A stretch of DNA of 64,000 bases, from the IMG/VR virus record IMGVR_UViG_3300009093_000034, positions 62,001 to 126,000 of that record. The stretch is one strand, 5' to 3'. Within the stretch, counting starts at the first letter, position 1; each line of letters begins with the position of its first letter. The notes beneath the pieces are model-generated. The model had not been told where the DNA came from, made no database searches, and saw only the letters and a program-made list of their open reading frames with translations. Shown piece by piece: positions 11,201-21,462 of the stretch. The position numbers and the translations under genes are program-made.

Positions 11201-12711
11201 GCATTGTTTGGTATGCTAGCCATCTTAGTAAGAGTTACTGCTCCGTTTGAGATCGTTGTAGAAAGAGATCCGGCAGAGTTTGTTACATCTCCAGTTAAGG
11301 CAGGAAACTGAGCAGCCTGTAAGGTTCCTGATACATCAGAGCTAAGAGAGATAGACAAGAGGGTCTTAACTTGAGAAGGCGTTAATGCGGCTGGAGTGGC
11401 TGGAGATCCCGTGTTGTTTCCGATGATAGAGTTGGCTGCCAGGTTTGCCATCTTGGAAAGACCAACTGCTCCAGCAGAGATGGTAACAGACAATGAGCCT
11501 GATGTTGTGGTAGCATCTCCTGTTAAGGCCGGAAATTGAGCAGCTTGAAGAGTTCCAGAGACATCTGTAGAAAGAGAGATCGCTAGTAAGGTTTTAACTT
11601 GAGTTGAGGTCAACTCAGATGGTGCTGCTGAAGAACCTGAAACGTTGCCTAAGATCGATGAGTTGGAGATGTTAGCCAACATTGACAAGGTGACTTGACT
11701 AGCTCCGATTGAGAACTGAGTTCCAGTAAGTGTTAAACCAGAGCCTGCTGTGTAACTAGGAACAGCGGAGAACTGGACGAAAGTGATGTTTGTGGTTCCT
11801 ACGGTCAAACCTGAAGTAGGTGTTGTACAAACCCATCCTGTTGAAGCATTTATTGTACCAGAAAGAACTAGAGAGAAAGCACCGAAGAACTCCGTAGGAG
11901 CATCCATACCAACAGATCTTGTAAGAACTACAAAGAGTCCAGCTCCACCGGCGTTGGTGACTGTATAAAGACCATTGTGAGGTTGATTTCCTCCTGTCTC
12001 GTTCTTAACTAGAACAACATCGCCTAACGAAAGAACAACGCCATCTATGGTTAAGGTTCCACTTCCGTTCATGGTGATCGTAGCACCGACTCCTGAGGTT
12101 CCGTTGGAGTAGGTGTTGGAAGGAAGAGCCGTTGTTGTGGCTACTTTAGCAGAAGATTTGACAGACAAGCCTTGAGCTGTCATGTCAACGTAGTTCTTGG
12201 TAGCGATGTCTTGAGCAGCAGAAGGATCAACGACTTGAGCTCGGCCAGATCCATCTCTTAGAACTGGTTGGTTTACTGTTGCTGAAGAGGTTCCTACTAC
12301 CACCCAAGTTCCACCAGCTGATAAGAACTTATGACTAGAGAAATCTCCAGAGGCTGGAGCTGGAACTAGACCAGCTGTTCCTCCAGAACCTGAGTCTCCA
12401 ACCAAGATAGAAAGGTAAGCTGTGATGGCTGAGATCGCTGTAGCGACAGGTATTGCTGGAGACCCTGTGACGTTGGCTAGAACAGTGTGAGACGCTATGT
12501 TTCCTAGACCACCTGCTGCTAAAGCATCTTCTAGGTCTGGGATATCTGAGATCTGAGGATAAGGTTGGTTGTCTCTCTTGATCCCGTTCTCAGGATCAAA
12601 CTCCATGGACCTACCATTCTGAGAAATGGTGATCTTAGCTCCGGCCGTGATCTGTCCGGTTGTTTTGAGAGTACCGGTAAGGATGGATGGAACTAGGAGA
12701 GGATTTGCCAT
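8293..12711 (-). CDS. long tail fibre with tail-collar domain and C1q-like tip
   Basis: 1472 aa; tail-collar motif NLLQLNGAAVGRSFYSQLFSLWGTSYGVGDGSTTFNIPDL; internal repeats (SDVSGTLQAAQFPALTGD x2; GDSGSGGT..VPAPASGD x2). Confidence 0.85.
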   Translation of the reverse strand: MANPLLVPSILTGTLKTTGQITAGAKITISQNGRSMEFDPENGIKRDNQPYPQISDIPDLEDALAAGGLGNIASHTVLANVTGSPAIPVATAISAITAYLSILVGDSGSGGTAGLVPAPASGDFSSHKFLSAGGTWVVVGTSSATVNQPVLRDGSGRAQVVDPSAAQDIATKNYVDMTAQGLSVKSSAKVATTTALPSNTYSNGTSGVGATITMNGSGTLTIDGVVLSLGDVVLVKNETGGNQPHNGLYTVTNAGGAGLFVVLTRSVGMDAPTEFFGAFSLVLSGTINASTGWVCTTPTSGLTVGTTNITFVQFSAVPSYTAGSGLTLTGTQFSIGASQVTLSMLANISNSSILGNVSGSSAAPSELTSTQVKTLLAISLSTDVSGTLQAAQFPALTGDATTTSGSLSVTISAGAVGLSKMANLAANSIIGNNTGSPATPAALTPSQVKTLLSISLSSDVSGTLQAAQFPALTGDVTNSAGSLSTTISNGAVTLTKMASIPNNAILSNFSGSSAIPQANSPSSVMVHLPTFIGDSGSGGTQGVVPAPASGDTAAGKFLSASGVFANVVIANVTGLSSALSGLAAIDDATFASNSTTQPPSQASVKEAFRISSLPLWQSNVTYTQYAIINRLGVAYSSNANGNLNHDPSTDTTHANWTPVGGSASSTGTVGTNAVTTKRVVYITSSGTLQHASNDTETTATAIGIAFNGGASAATIVWQASGSIMVGFGSGMTPGTFYYLGTNGQVITDPNTITIGSFRVAIGIAVNATDLLITIGEPVQVITGTTALVGLGRTTLWTGSVGSLPGNLLQLNGAAVGRSFYSQLFSLWGTSYGVGDGSTTFNIPDLSSLSVKDSTGTVISFWTVQAFPDTVLLNNPSVIFTNPSSGLNYISNGTFESDISGWATYNDGASATPVDGTGGTAVLTLARNGTTPLIGTGDGLITKDAANRQGQGISYDFTLDPAVLGSTLGLSFYFKTSTNYAAGDILAYLYDKTNSNFIPISINSLPTASAGTYFSATFWPASTSTSYRLVFHVATTNALAWTMNIDQVTITPFIPVLGAAIGGEYAGQMSFQNVPGTIDLANSHVWRKGDLLEGVIAITLSGAVTGQINVLFPSGLTSTFRPVGYAIGTHSSSRYGGDLSPGLLGGGIGFNLEYRYPFGGNGATAWTATTPITWASTDVITVYFQAKISQWSSNVNLASDFTEYASNDGSGGTTTNTTFTTGQKTGQDGSAFVAVVSTDFSNGFSTKYAVDFAREIQSTDQLILEINDNGIGWGPLYAFMEFAVQGNARYGVQVRRDTTNKKRALVEIGNSGIYPGSTYGTNNGSAWSAFSTVKWRVRKVSNGNMAEQPSMVRAEYISVPSTATNVVLNFQTKVEDTHSAVTTGASWKFVCPVAGLYLVETNSYTTGTAGNCQIFKNGSRWRYFGTTPVTATSGSSNITLRLVVGDQIWLQNDSAASQPSDVNVWIQITRIGS

Positions 12712-12735
12712 AACTTTGATAATTAGTCAAATTTT

Positions 12736-12744
12736 TGAGATATT
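12736..12744 (+). promoter_or_regulatory. TGAGATATT extended -10-like promoter (copies also at 24888, 45908, 52851, 53469, 55410)
   Basis: Identical 9-mer in six intergenic positions at the head of transcription units; in several copies a TTT-rich hexamer lies 17 nt upstream of GATATT. Confidence 0.7.
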
Positions 12745-12766
12745 TTAGACGAAAGAGGTACGCTAA

Positions 12767-13446
12767 ATGATCCGTACTGAGCGCGAGCTCTGCTCATACA
12801 TCCACAATGAGATGAACTTTAATCTCAATGCCCAGTTCGGTGACTTCAAGAGAGTCGTCCTTCAGAAGGATCACTCTATTGATGACAACGAGATCAAGAT
12901 CACGTACTCATCCAATGACTCCAAGACCAAGAGAACCATCGATACTCTGATCGCCAAGAAGAAACCTTACGGAGAGTACATTCTCCAGATCAAGGATCTT
13001 CCGTCGGCGATTTACTTCCTCAGCTGCATCAACGAGTTTGATACTCTTGATGAAAAGCATCGGGTGAGCATGATCGACCAGCTCTTTAGGAGCGTTCAAT
13101 GATTCAATCAGAAGCTGACCTTTGCCGGTTTATCCGTTTCGGTCAGATGCCTTCTTGGCCTGCTGGACGCTTTCAAACCTATTTTGAAAGCAATAATCTT
13201 TTGATCGTAACTTACCATCCTTACCATCCTCAGGCAAGTTCAGATCTTATTAAAGTACTATCTATCGAGTATTTTCCAAGCGAGTTTGCTTCTGGAATCC
13301 TTGGTGGTTGTCGTCTCTCTGTTCATGACAAAGCCAGTGCTATGATCTTCTTGACTCAAGTGAATTCAATGCAAGAGCCTCTTTACCTGGAAGAAGAAAT
13401 CAAGCGTCTTAAGGACATCTCTGATCTTTTTGAGAGTGTAAAATGA
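12767..13446 (+). CDS. pair of paralogous hypothetical proteins (12767-13102, 13099-13446)
   Basis: Similar N-termini (MIRTERELCSYI / MIQSEADLCRFI) and C-terminal helices. Confidence 0.6.
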
Positions 13447-14222
13447 GCTCAGAACTTGCTAACCTCGCAGTCTATAACGCTGGCATGAAGAAGTCGATGA
13501 TGGACAAGATGTTCTTCATCGACAAAGTCGATGCCCATGTTTTCATCGACTATGGCTGTGCCGACGGAACTCTCATTCACTTTCTTCGAGGTCTCTTTCC
13601 TGAGTTCATCTACTATGGCTTTGACATCTCTGAAGACATGATCCAGGAAGCCAAGAAGAAGAACCCTGAGATCGCTCACAACTTCACCTCCGACTGGAGT
13701 TACATCTCTGACAGAATTCCTTCTCTTAGAGGAGAGGGAAAGATCTCTGTTCTCTTGTCCTCGATCATCCACGAGGTCTACAGCTACGGAACCGGAAACG
13801 ATGTTGAGACTTTCTGGGATCGAATCTTCAATGATGGTTTTGACTACATCGTTATCAGAGACATGATGCCCAGCACGAGTATGAACCGCCAGGCTGACAT
13901 CAACGACGTAGCCAAGATCTACCGTAAGGCTGATAAAGAAAAGCTCTACGAGTTCCAGCAGACTTGGGGTTCTATCGAGAACAACAAGAGCATGATCCAC
14001 TGGTTCCTCAAGTATCGTTACGACGACAACTGGGAACGTGAAGTCAAAGAGAACTATCTCCCTTTGAATCGGGAACAGTTCTTGAGCATGCTTCCAGACA
14101 ACTACGACATCACCTTTCATGAGCACTTCATTCTTCCTTACCTCCTCACTCAGGTTCAGAAAGACTTTGGAGTCGTGATCAAGGATAACACTCACTTGAA
14201 ATTGATCTTAAGGAAAGCATGA
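13443..14222 (+). CDS. class I SAM-dependent methyltransferase-like protein
   Basis: Motif I FIDYGCADG followed by YYGFDISEDM. Confidence 0.7.
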   Translation: MSSELANLAVYNAGMKKSMMDKMFFIDKVDAHVFIDYGCADGTLIHFLRGLFPEFIYYGFDISEDMIQEAKKKNPEIAHNFTSDWSYISDRIPSLRGEGKISVLLSSIIHEVYSYGTGNDVETFWDRIFNDGFDYIVIRDMMPSTSMNRQADINDVAKIYRKADKEKLYEFQQTWGSIENNKSMIHWFLKYRYDDNWEREVKENYLPLNREQFLSMLPDNYDITFHEHFILPYLLTQVQKDFGVVIKDNTHLKLILRKA

Positions 14223-15205
14223 TGGAAGTAGGAATTTTCATAGTGATCTTGTCTGCGGCTTTCCTAGTTTGTGTTCTTCTTTGCGTTGTTGCCACGTGCT
14301 CAGGTAACATCAAAAAATTTTATGAAAAAGAAGAAAAAGAACTTAAGGATAAGATTCTACTTTTATTGTCCTCTGGTCTAAAAGAAGAAGCTTTCCAAAA
14401 GTTCTGGTGGGATAGTCCGGAATGTATGGTGTTGAGTCCGGACATTTACAACCCCACTGACAAGATCTCAGAAGATGAAGCTAAAGAACTCTTTTTCCAA
14501 AAGTACAATGTGAGATTTTCGTGAAGAACAATGATGAACTCTTGAGACTTTTGATGTCTGCCAACCAAGGCTTAGGCGGACAAATCTTTGAAAAAGCTAT
14601 CGTCAACATTCAGGTAGGACTTTGTCCTACTTGTGGAGAAGCTTACAAAGGTTTTAGAGATCGAGCATCTATTGAAGAGTACAGAATCAGTAGAATGTGT
14701 CAGGATTGTCAAGACTCCGTTTTCAAAGAGCCTGACGATGACGAAATGTTTTACGATCCTCCGGAAAATTAAGATGGTTACAAGAAAAATTTGGCGTTTT
14801 GAAAACGAAAAAGGTGAAGGTCCTTATAACGGACACCCTAGTCCAAAATTTCTCTTTAAGTCTACTCATGACGGAGAGTCTAAGAAACATCCTCATCCCA
14901 AGTATGACTTTAAGAACTCTAAGATCATTAGATTCTTAAACAACATGAACACTAAAGATCACTTTAGATGTGGATTTTCTACAAAGAAACAGGCATTTGA
15001 GTGGTTTACTGAACGAGAAAGAAAGATCTTGAAAAATAATGGCTACAATTTAGTCCGTAAAAATGCAGATAGAATCTTTAAAGGAAACAAACAAGTTATC
15101 TATATTCGTGAAGGTCATTTAGAAGAACTTGTTAAAGTTTTTCGTTTTGATCATTCTGTTCCAAAAACATTAACATCAATATATTCAATCAGGAGCTCAA
15201 CATGA
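14219..15205 (+). CDS. run of small hypothetical proteins (14219-14524; 14521-14772 with two CxxC; one ORF ending 15205)
   Basis: Tightly coupled ORFs with overlapping stop/start codons. Confidence 0.55.
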
Positions 15206-15753
15206 TGCTACAGACCATTGAAGGAAACCTAATCACTCTCGCCCTTGAAGGCAAGTTCGACATGATCGCTCATGGTTGTAACTGCTTCCATACCATGGGA
15301 GGAGGGATCGCCAAGTCTATTTCTGAGACTTTTCCTGAAGCTCTTCAAGCCGACAGGGTCTTTGGAGAAAGAGGAAACGTTTGGAAGCTTGGTCAGGCTT
15401 CCAAGGCTACGATCTTTCGTGGAGACACTCAGTTTGTTGTGGTGAACCTCTATACTCAGTTTGAGCCTGGAGCCAACTTTGAATACTTGGCCTTGATCAA
15501 CTCTTTAGAGCATCTCAAGAAATACTTGGATATTCATCTCTACGATCGAGTGTCCGATAAACCTTACCGTCTTGGTTTTCCCAAGATCGGAGCTGGTATT
15601 GGTGGTGGAGATTGGGACCAGATCTACCAGATCATTGACCAGTCTCTTGACGAGAAGTATCGTGAGGAACAGGGAGTCGAAATCACGGTTGTCGAGTTCA
15701 TTCCTCCTAATCCTCTTCAGGAGATCGTTGTTCGTTCTCTTCAGAAGAAGTAA
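15202..15753 (+). CDS. macro domain (ADP-ribose-binding/hydrolase) protein
   Basis: IEGNLI...IAHGCNCFHTMGGGIAK...VVNLYTQ...FPKIGAGIGGGDW. Confidence 0.9.
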   Translation: MMLQTIEGNLITLALEGKFDMIAHGCNCFHTMGGGIAKSISETFPEALQADRVFGERGNVWKLGQASKATIFRGDTQFVVVNLYTQFEPGANFEYLALINSLEHLKKYLDIHLYDRVSDKPYRLGFPKIGAGIGGGDWDQIYQIIDQSLDEKYREEQGVEITVVEFIPPNPLQEIVVRSLQKK

Positions 15754-15917
15754 GCCATGGAAACAATAGAAGAACAGATTGAAAATATGCTCATCATGGC
15801 CTCGGCTATGAGAGTTTCCAATCTTCCTATCTCAATCAAGATTGCAGCACTCGAAGTTGAAGTAGCCCTTAGAAAATTAGGGCTAGAGATTCTCAAAGCA
15901 AAGGTAGAAGAACCTGT

Positions 15918-16223
15918 ATGAAAAAGATCATTACTCTTTTGATCCTCTTGGTAGGACTCACTCTCTCCGTTGGAGCTGAAAAGGCTGATATCAGTGGAAC
16001 TGTGTCTAGACCTGGATATAGTTCTTACGACTATCATCTAGATATTACTCAGGTTCCTCAGGCTCCTGCTGAGTACAAGCTCGTAGAAGCCAAGGATGCT
16101 GCTGAGCTCACTCATTTGATCACCGAGATGGTGAAGATCGGTTGGGTTCCTCTTGGTCAGGCGTTTATGAGCAACACTGGAAACCACTTTTACCAGACCA
16201 TGGTGAAGTACGGAAGGTACTAA
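15918..16223 (+). CDS. secreted protein with DUF1737-like C-terminus
   Basis: Signal peptide; YKLVEAKDAAELTHLITEMVKIGWVPLG. Confidence 0.5.
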   Translation: MKKIITLLILLVGLTLSVGAEKADISGTVSRPGYSSYDYHLDITQVPQAPAEYKLVEAKDAAELTHLITEMVKIGWVPLGQAFMSNTGNHFYQTMVKYGRY

Positions 16224-16224
16224 C

Positions 16225-18167
16225 ATGCCCCCAGAATTCGATTCAATCAAAAGGTACTCCGAGATCGAAGATGGTATCGTAGATAGAATGGCCGTCTCAG
16301 CTTTTGGAGAAGCCACAACTCGAATGGAGAAAGATGGAGACGATGCCTCAGAGTGGCTCGCTCTTGATCTTTCAGATTCTCTACTCTATCTTCTCAAGTC
16401 TGACTCGATCCTCAAGAAACTTAAGAAGGCTCTCGGGACTCCTTTCAATGAAGAGCTTTATCTTGATCAGTTAGAAGCCATCAGAGACCAGGTGAGACAA
16501 TTTTACGAGATCATGTAATGTCCACCGAAAAAGAGTTCTCCGACATCATCAAGAAGACTCAAGAAGACGAAGCGACTTACCAATTTTTGAAGTCAAGAAA
16601 TAAGGCTCAAAGGATCTACGTTTGGAACTGGATCTATCGAGGTTTTTGTTTTCTTCCACTTCAAGCTGTTGCTCCTTTCATGTTTTGGTTTGTCTTTTTA
16701 TCAAATCATGGAATGTTTCAAAACCCTGAAGACATAAATTGGTTCGGGCCGTTCTCATGCTCTTGATGTTAGGTGTTTTAGCTTTCTTTGTCGGATGGAT
16801 GTGTATCGATGGCCTTCGTAAGATCATGATGGACTCTTTCTTGGAAAGATTCGATGACGTTGATGACGATGATGATGTCGAGGATGCAGATTTTGTTTGG
16901 CCAGACTATAAAGCTCCTGATAGAAAAGTTTCTTTCTTGGGAAAACAGTTCTCAGCTACAAATGCCATGCTTTGGTTGACAGCTAGACAAGAAAGAATTC
17001 CAGCTGAAAAACGTCAAAGACAGATTGAACGAGATGTCAAGAGAAACCAAAGAAATGCAGAGCTCATGCGAAAGCAGGAGTTGTTGAGTGCTAAACAAAA
17101 GGTCCGAAATGAAGAGAAAAGAATCTTCAAAACCTCTAGAAAACGAAAAGCTGTTCTTGAGTGGATCAAAGAAGTCGGTGCTATCAACGATCCTGAGATC
17201 TACAAGAAAGTTATCAATGATCTAAAGATCGCTTTGAACGAAGGAAAAGAAAATGTGGGTCAAACAAGTCAGTCCTGATCCGAAACTAGTGTTGTATCAC
17301 GGAATCTGTGATTACTGCGGTGATCCTAACGCTCAGGTCTATCGAGCACATGTTTCTGCTGGAGGGCCTTTAAGGTACGACTCATCTAACCACGATGATA
17401 TCAAAAGATGCCTTCATTATCTCAAGAAAAGAGTAGAGTCTTTAGAGAAAAATCAAAAAGACTAATTCCTTATGCACCAAAATCTTAGCTATCTCAAATG
17501 GTGGTTCAAGTACCGTCCGAGCGTCTTCTGGTTTAGCATCAGGGACGCTTTCAAGTATCCAAAACATACCATAAGAAATCTTATCACCTTCTTCTCAAAC
17601 GATGGAGTCCGTCACTCAGATTCTTGGAGTCCATACTCTGCTCTGTCTGAGAAATTCTTGAGGATGACCAAGACTTTTAGACAAAAAGTTCATGGGTACC
17701 CTGGAATCGAAGGTGACTCAAACTGTGATACTTACGAGCACTGGCAAGACACCATCAAGAAGATCAGACTTGCACACTTTTGGATTTGGTGGCAGGACAA
17801 CGATCCATCTTGGATGATCGAGTCTTCTGAAGATCGTAAGAATGTCTATCTCTGGTTAAAGAAAAAGTACCCTTTTGCTGCAGAGTTCATAACTCCAAGG
17901 TTCTTGAAAAGATGGCACACCGATGTGCATCTTGAGTGGAACTTGGAGATCGATTGGAACGAGATAGAAGATCACACGGTTGAAGGCACTTATTATCACT
18001 CTGATTTTAAGTTTATCAACAAGAAAACTGGTGAGATCTTTCCTTGCGTCAATGCTCTAGATGAACCTGATGGTTGGGGAAACAACGAACTTCGTCAAGA
18101 GATGGAGAAAAAGTACTTAGAAGGGAGTGATCTCTTTCATAAGTACTACAGGAACCTTTGGGACTAA
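16225..18167 (+). CDS. run of hypothetical proteins (16225-16518, 16518-16766, 16739-17278, 17253-17465, 17472-18167)
   Basis: Consecutive coupled ORFs; no recognisable family. Confidence 0.55.
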
Positions 18168-18173
18168 CTTTCA

Positions 18174-18761
18174 ATGGGAAAGACTGCAGTTTTTACATTT
18201 GCAAGAATGAATCCTCCAACTTTAGGTCATGAACTATTGCTCTCAGAACTTGTCATTCAAGCCTTAGAAAAGAAAGCTGATCCATTTCTTTTCCTTTCCC
18301 ACACAGAAGACTCTAAGAAAAACCCTATTCCTTACGGGAACAAAGTTAAATTTGTCAAAGAACTTTTCAAAGATAAGTTCCCTGAACTCCATATCTACTC
18401 AGGAGAGAGCTGCAAGAACCCTAGAGAAGCTCTCTCTTTCCTTTACAATCTTGACGATTACTCTGAGGTGATTGGAGTCTTTGGTAGTGATCGAGTGGAT
18501 GACATGTACGATCTTATGACCAGAGGAAACGGAAAAGAAGGTCTTTCATCTGGTTTCTATCTCTTCAACAAACTCTCTGTCACATCAGCCGGAGAACGAG
18601 ACCCAGAACAAGATGGAGTTGAAGGTGTTTCTGCCACTAAACTCCGTGAGTACGCTCTAGAAAATGACTTTGAGTCCTTCAAAAAAGGTCTTCCAGAGGC
18701 TGACGAAACACTAATTAATAACATCTTTCTAACGACCCAACGAGGACTTGAACGTGCCTGA
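18174..18761 (+). CDS. HIGH-superfamily cytidyltransferase-like nucleotidyltransferase
   Basis: VFTFARMNPPTLGHE...VFGSDRV...SAGERDPEQDGVEGVSATKLRE, as in T4-like phage cytidyltransferases. Confidence 0.85.
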   Translation: MGKTAVFTFARMNPPTLGHELLLSELVIQALEKKADPFLFLSHTEDSKKNPIPYGNKVKFVKELFKDKFPELHIYSGESCKNPREALSFLYNLDDYSEVIGVFGSDRVDDMYDLMTRGNGKEGLSSGFYLFNKLSVTSAGERDPEQDGVEGVSATKLREYALENDFESFKKGLPEADETLINNIFLTTQRGLERA

Positions 18762-20892
18762 AAAAACTATCCCTAACTCTGGAGCGGTCTCTTCTGATCG
18801 AATCCTTCAAAAGAACGTTTTTCCAACCATTGAGGTCTTTGTTGATAAGATCTTGAACTTGGTTCCTCACCAGAAGTATGGCGTGATCGGATCTACTGGA
18901 AAGAAACAAGACAACGGAGATATCGACCTAGGCCTTGAAACCTCTTTGACCTTAGATCAAGTGAGTGCTGTCCTAAACGACCTTGACGTTGATCATGTGG
19001 TTCAAAAAGGACTTAATGAGATCAATTGTCGATTTCCTCAGTATGAGAACGGAGCTCACAAGTTAGATCTTTGGGTTCAGGTTGACTTGATGTTAGGAAA
19101 TTTGGATTGGTTGGAGTTCGTGTTCTACGTGGACAAGGACACCAAGTACAAGCCGATGGCTAGAACTGGTCTTCTCTTCGGTCTACTCAAAGTAGCTGCT
19201 ATGCCTATCGCTGGCCAAAACACACCTCAAGGTCCATCTAATGAAGTTTGGTCTTTTGCTCCTACTCGTGGTATGTTCACCAAGGTTGGAACCAAAAGAA
19301 CTAACAGAAAAGGTGAAGAAGTCATCGATTGGACCAACTCGTCTTCTTATACCCCTGACCCAAACAAGTTTTGTGAGATCGCCTTTGAACAAGCTAGGCG
19401 CGCTGTAAAACCCTCTGAACTAGAAACTTCCTTTGAAGGTTGTTGGAAGGTTATGACAGACGTTTTCTCTAACAACCCTACTCTCTTAGGTCAACTCGCA
19501 GAGTATGTCATGAACTTCTGTAAGGACAAGGGAGTCTCACCGGTTCCTGAGCTTGAACAATGGACCAAAGCCTTGAAGGTTCAAGAGTCTATTGAACAAC
19601 TTCTTGAATACGTTGAGTACATCAAGGGTCACAAAAACTCCTCTGGAGAATCTGCTCCTTGGGTCATCAAACAACATAACACTGGAAAGATCCTCTCAAG
19701 CCACTCCTCTGAGGCCAAGGCTAAGGCTCACCTCGGTCAGATGGAGATGCACAAACATCTGGAAGAAAAGTATGACACTAGGGATGACGGAAGTGAGCTC
19801 GCTAGTTTCCTTCTTGATCCTCGTGTCATCCAAGAACTTCGTAGATCATCAGAGCCTTTGAGAACTTTGGTGGTCGACGGACTCAGACAATTTGGTATCT
19901 CTGTCAAAGACTCTACTAAGAGTGAAGACTCCGACTTTATCTACCCAGACGTAGGTATTGAAGGCGGAGTGATGTATCCTAATGGAAAACTTCAGATCAT
20001 CATTGACGTTGATCAAGTTGAGGAAATTCTTGCTGGTCTTAGGTTTGATGGTCTAGATCAATACAAGAAGTTCATTAGGTATCTAGCAGCTGTCTACGCT
20101 CATGAAAAGATTCATGATGCCCAGTACAAAGCATCAGGTGAAGAATATACTTTGAGAAAAAAAGATCTCTTATCTCTCACAGGAGACGACAGAGATTATC
20201 TCTCGAACGAAAGAGAGATTCATGCTCAGGCTTCCAGTGCAGTAGATGAATGGATAGCCGAAGGTTATGCTCCAGAACAAATTAGAAAATGGTTAACTAA
20301 CACAGTTGAGTTGATCCGTCATGCTAAAGATGCTCCTGCTATTATGGACTATTGGAAAGGTTTTGGCATCTACAAGAGTGAAGAAAGTCAAAAGGTCTGG
20401 CGACAGTTCTTGAAGCAGGTTTATGACTTTACTCAACAAAAGATGATCAAAGAATCCACAGATAGTGACAAGATCGCAATGTTCATCAACAGGCCTTCTG
20501 AAGCCATCAAAGAAGGAAAGTTCTATTGGCAAGATCCTACCAACGATGAGATCCACGGTGGAAAGATCATTAGTGTTGATGCTCCTGACTTCATCGTTGA
20601 GGTCGAGTGTGAACTCTGTGGAAAGACTTGTTACACAGACAACTTCAGAGACTCACAAGATAAAGAATGGTGGATCAAAGCTCAAAAGCTCTTAGAAGGT
20701 GTTTCTCAAAGTGCTATTCAAGCTTATCAACAGCAAAAGAACTCCCCTGAGAAACATAAGGTAGATATTGTCTCAACTGAGATGGCAGCTCCAGAGAACG
20801 GGGTGAACTTCTTGGCTGGAGGTGGAAGACCTCAAGATCTTCAACCTGCCACGGTTAGGTATGACTCAAATGGAAAACTCAGAAACGAATGA
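18748..20892 (+). CDS. Pol-beta-superfamily nucleotidyltransferase fused to a zincin-like metallopeptidase domain
   Basis: IGSTGKKQDNGDIDLG and VQVDLM NTase motifs; later HEKIH (HExxH) with downstream EREIHAQA. Confidence 0.7.
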   Translation: MNVPEKTIPNSGAVSSDRILQKNVFPTIEVFVDKILNLVPHQKYGVIGSTGKKQDNGDIDLGLETSLTLDQVSAVLNDLDVDHVVQKGLNEINCRFPQYENGAHKLDLWVQVDLMLGNLDWLEFVFYVDKDTKYKPMARTGLLFGLLKVAAMPIAGQNTPQGPSNEVWSFAPTRGMFTKVGTKRTNRKGEEVIDWTNSSSYTPDPNKFCEIAFEQARRAVKPSELETSFEGCWKVMTDVFSNNPTLLGQLAEYVMNFCKDKGVSPVPELEQWTKALKVQESIEQLLEYVEYIKGHKNSSGESAPWVIKQHNTGKILSSHSSEAKAKAHLGQMEMHKHLEEKYDTRDDGSELASFLLDPRVIQELRRSSEPLRTLVVDGLRQFGISVKDSTKSEDSDFIYPDVGIEGGVMYPNGKLQIIIDVDQVEEILAGLRFDGLDQYKKFIRYLAAVYAHEKIHDAQYKASGEEYTLRKKDLLSLTGDDRDYLSNEREIHAQASSAVDEWIAEGYAPEQIRKWLTNTVELIRHAKDAPAIMDYWKGFGIYKSEESQKVWRQFLKQVYDFTQQKMIKESTDSDKIAMFINRPSEAIKEGKFYWQDPTNDEIHGGKIISVDAPDFIVEVECELCGKTCYTDNFRDSQDKEWWIKAQKLLEGVSQSAIQAYQQQKNSPEKHKVDIVSTEMAAPENGVNFLAGGGRPQDLQPATVRYDSNGKLRNE

Positions 20893-21431
20893 GCATGTCC
20901 AACTGGTTAAGAGGAAATGCTTTTCAAGAGAAAGACGAATACTATACGCCTAAAATTTTAGTAGATATAATTGTTCCTTATGTGCCTGCTGGATCAACAG
21001 TATGGCTCCCATTTGATACTGAAGACTCCGAGTTTGTTCATGCGTTTAAGCACACACATGAGGTAGTCTTCTCTCACATCTGGGAAGGAAAAGACTTCTT
21101 TGATTTCATTCCAGACAAAGTTGACTACGTCATCAGTAATCCTCCCTATTCTAGAAAGATGGATGTTTTGAAGAGACTCTATGACTTAGATTTTCCTTTC
21201 GCTATGGTTCTCCCTCTTCCTTGTTTAAACTATCAAGAGGTTGGAAAGTTCTTTTTAGATCGAGAACTTCAGCTCTTGATCCCAGACAAGAAAGTCTCTT
21301 TTAATGGAAACACAGCGTCTTTCAACAGTACCTTCTTTTGTCACAAACTTCTACCTTCCAACTTGATGTTTGCTCACTTAGAACACAACAATACTGGGAA
21401 GAACTTTGTTGGAAGTAGAATGATCTCTTAA
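20889..21431 (+). CDS. N6-adenine DNA methyltransferase-like protein
   Basis: DEYYTP...VWLPFD...VISNPPYS motif. Confidence 0.75.
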   Translation: MSMSNWLRGNAFQEKDEYYTPKILVDIIVPYVPAGSTVWLPFDTEDSEFVHAFKHTHEVVFSHIWEGKDFFDFIPDKVDYVISNPPYSRKMDVLKRLYDLDFPFAMVLPLPCLNYQEVGKFFLDRELQLLIPDKKVSFNGNTASFNSTFFCHKLLPSNLMFAHLEHNNTGKNFVGSRMIS

Positions 21432-21462
21432 ATTTCTAAGATATATTATCAGTAGGTTCAAT

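Noticed and set aside
5901-12711. Diversity-generating retroelement acting on the C1q-like tips
   Set aside because: No near-identical TR/VR pair with adenine-specific mismatches, and no reverse transcriptase in the window.
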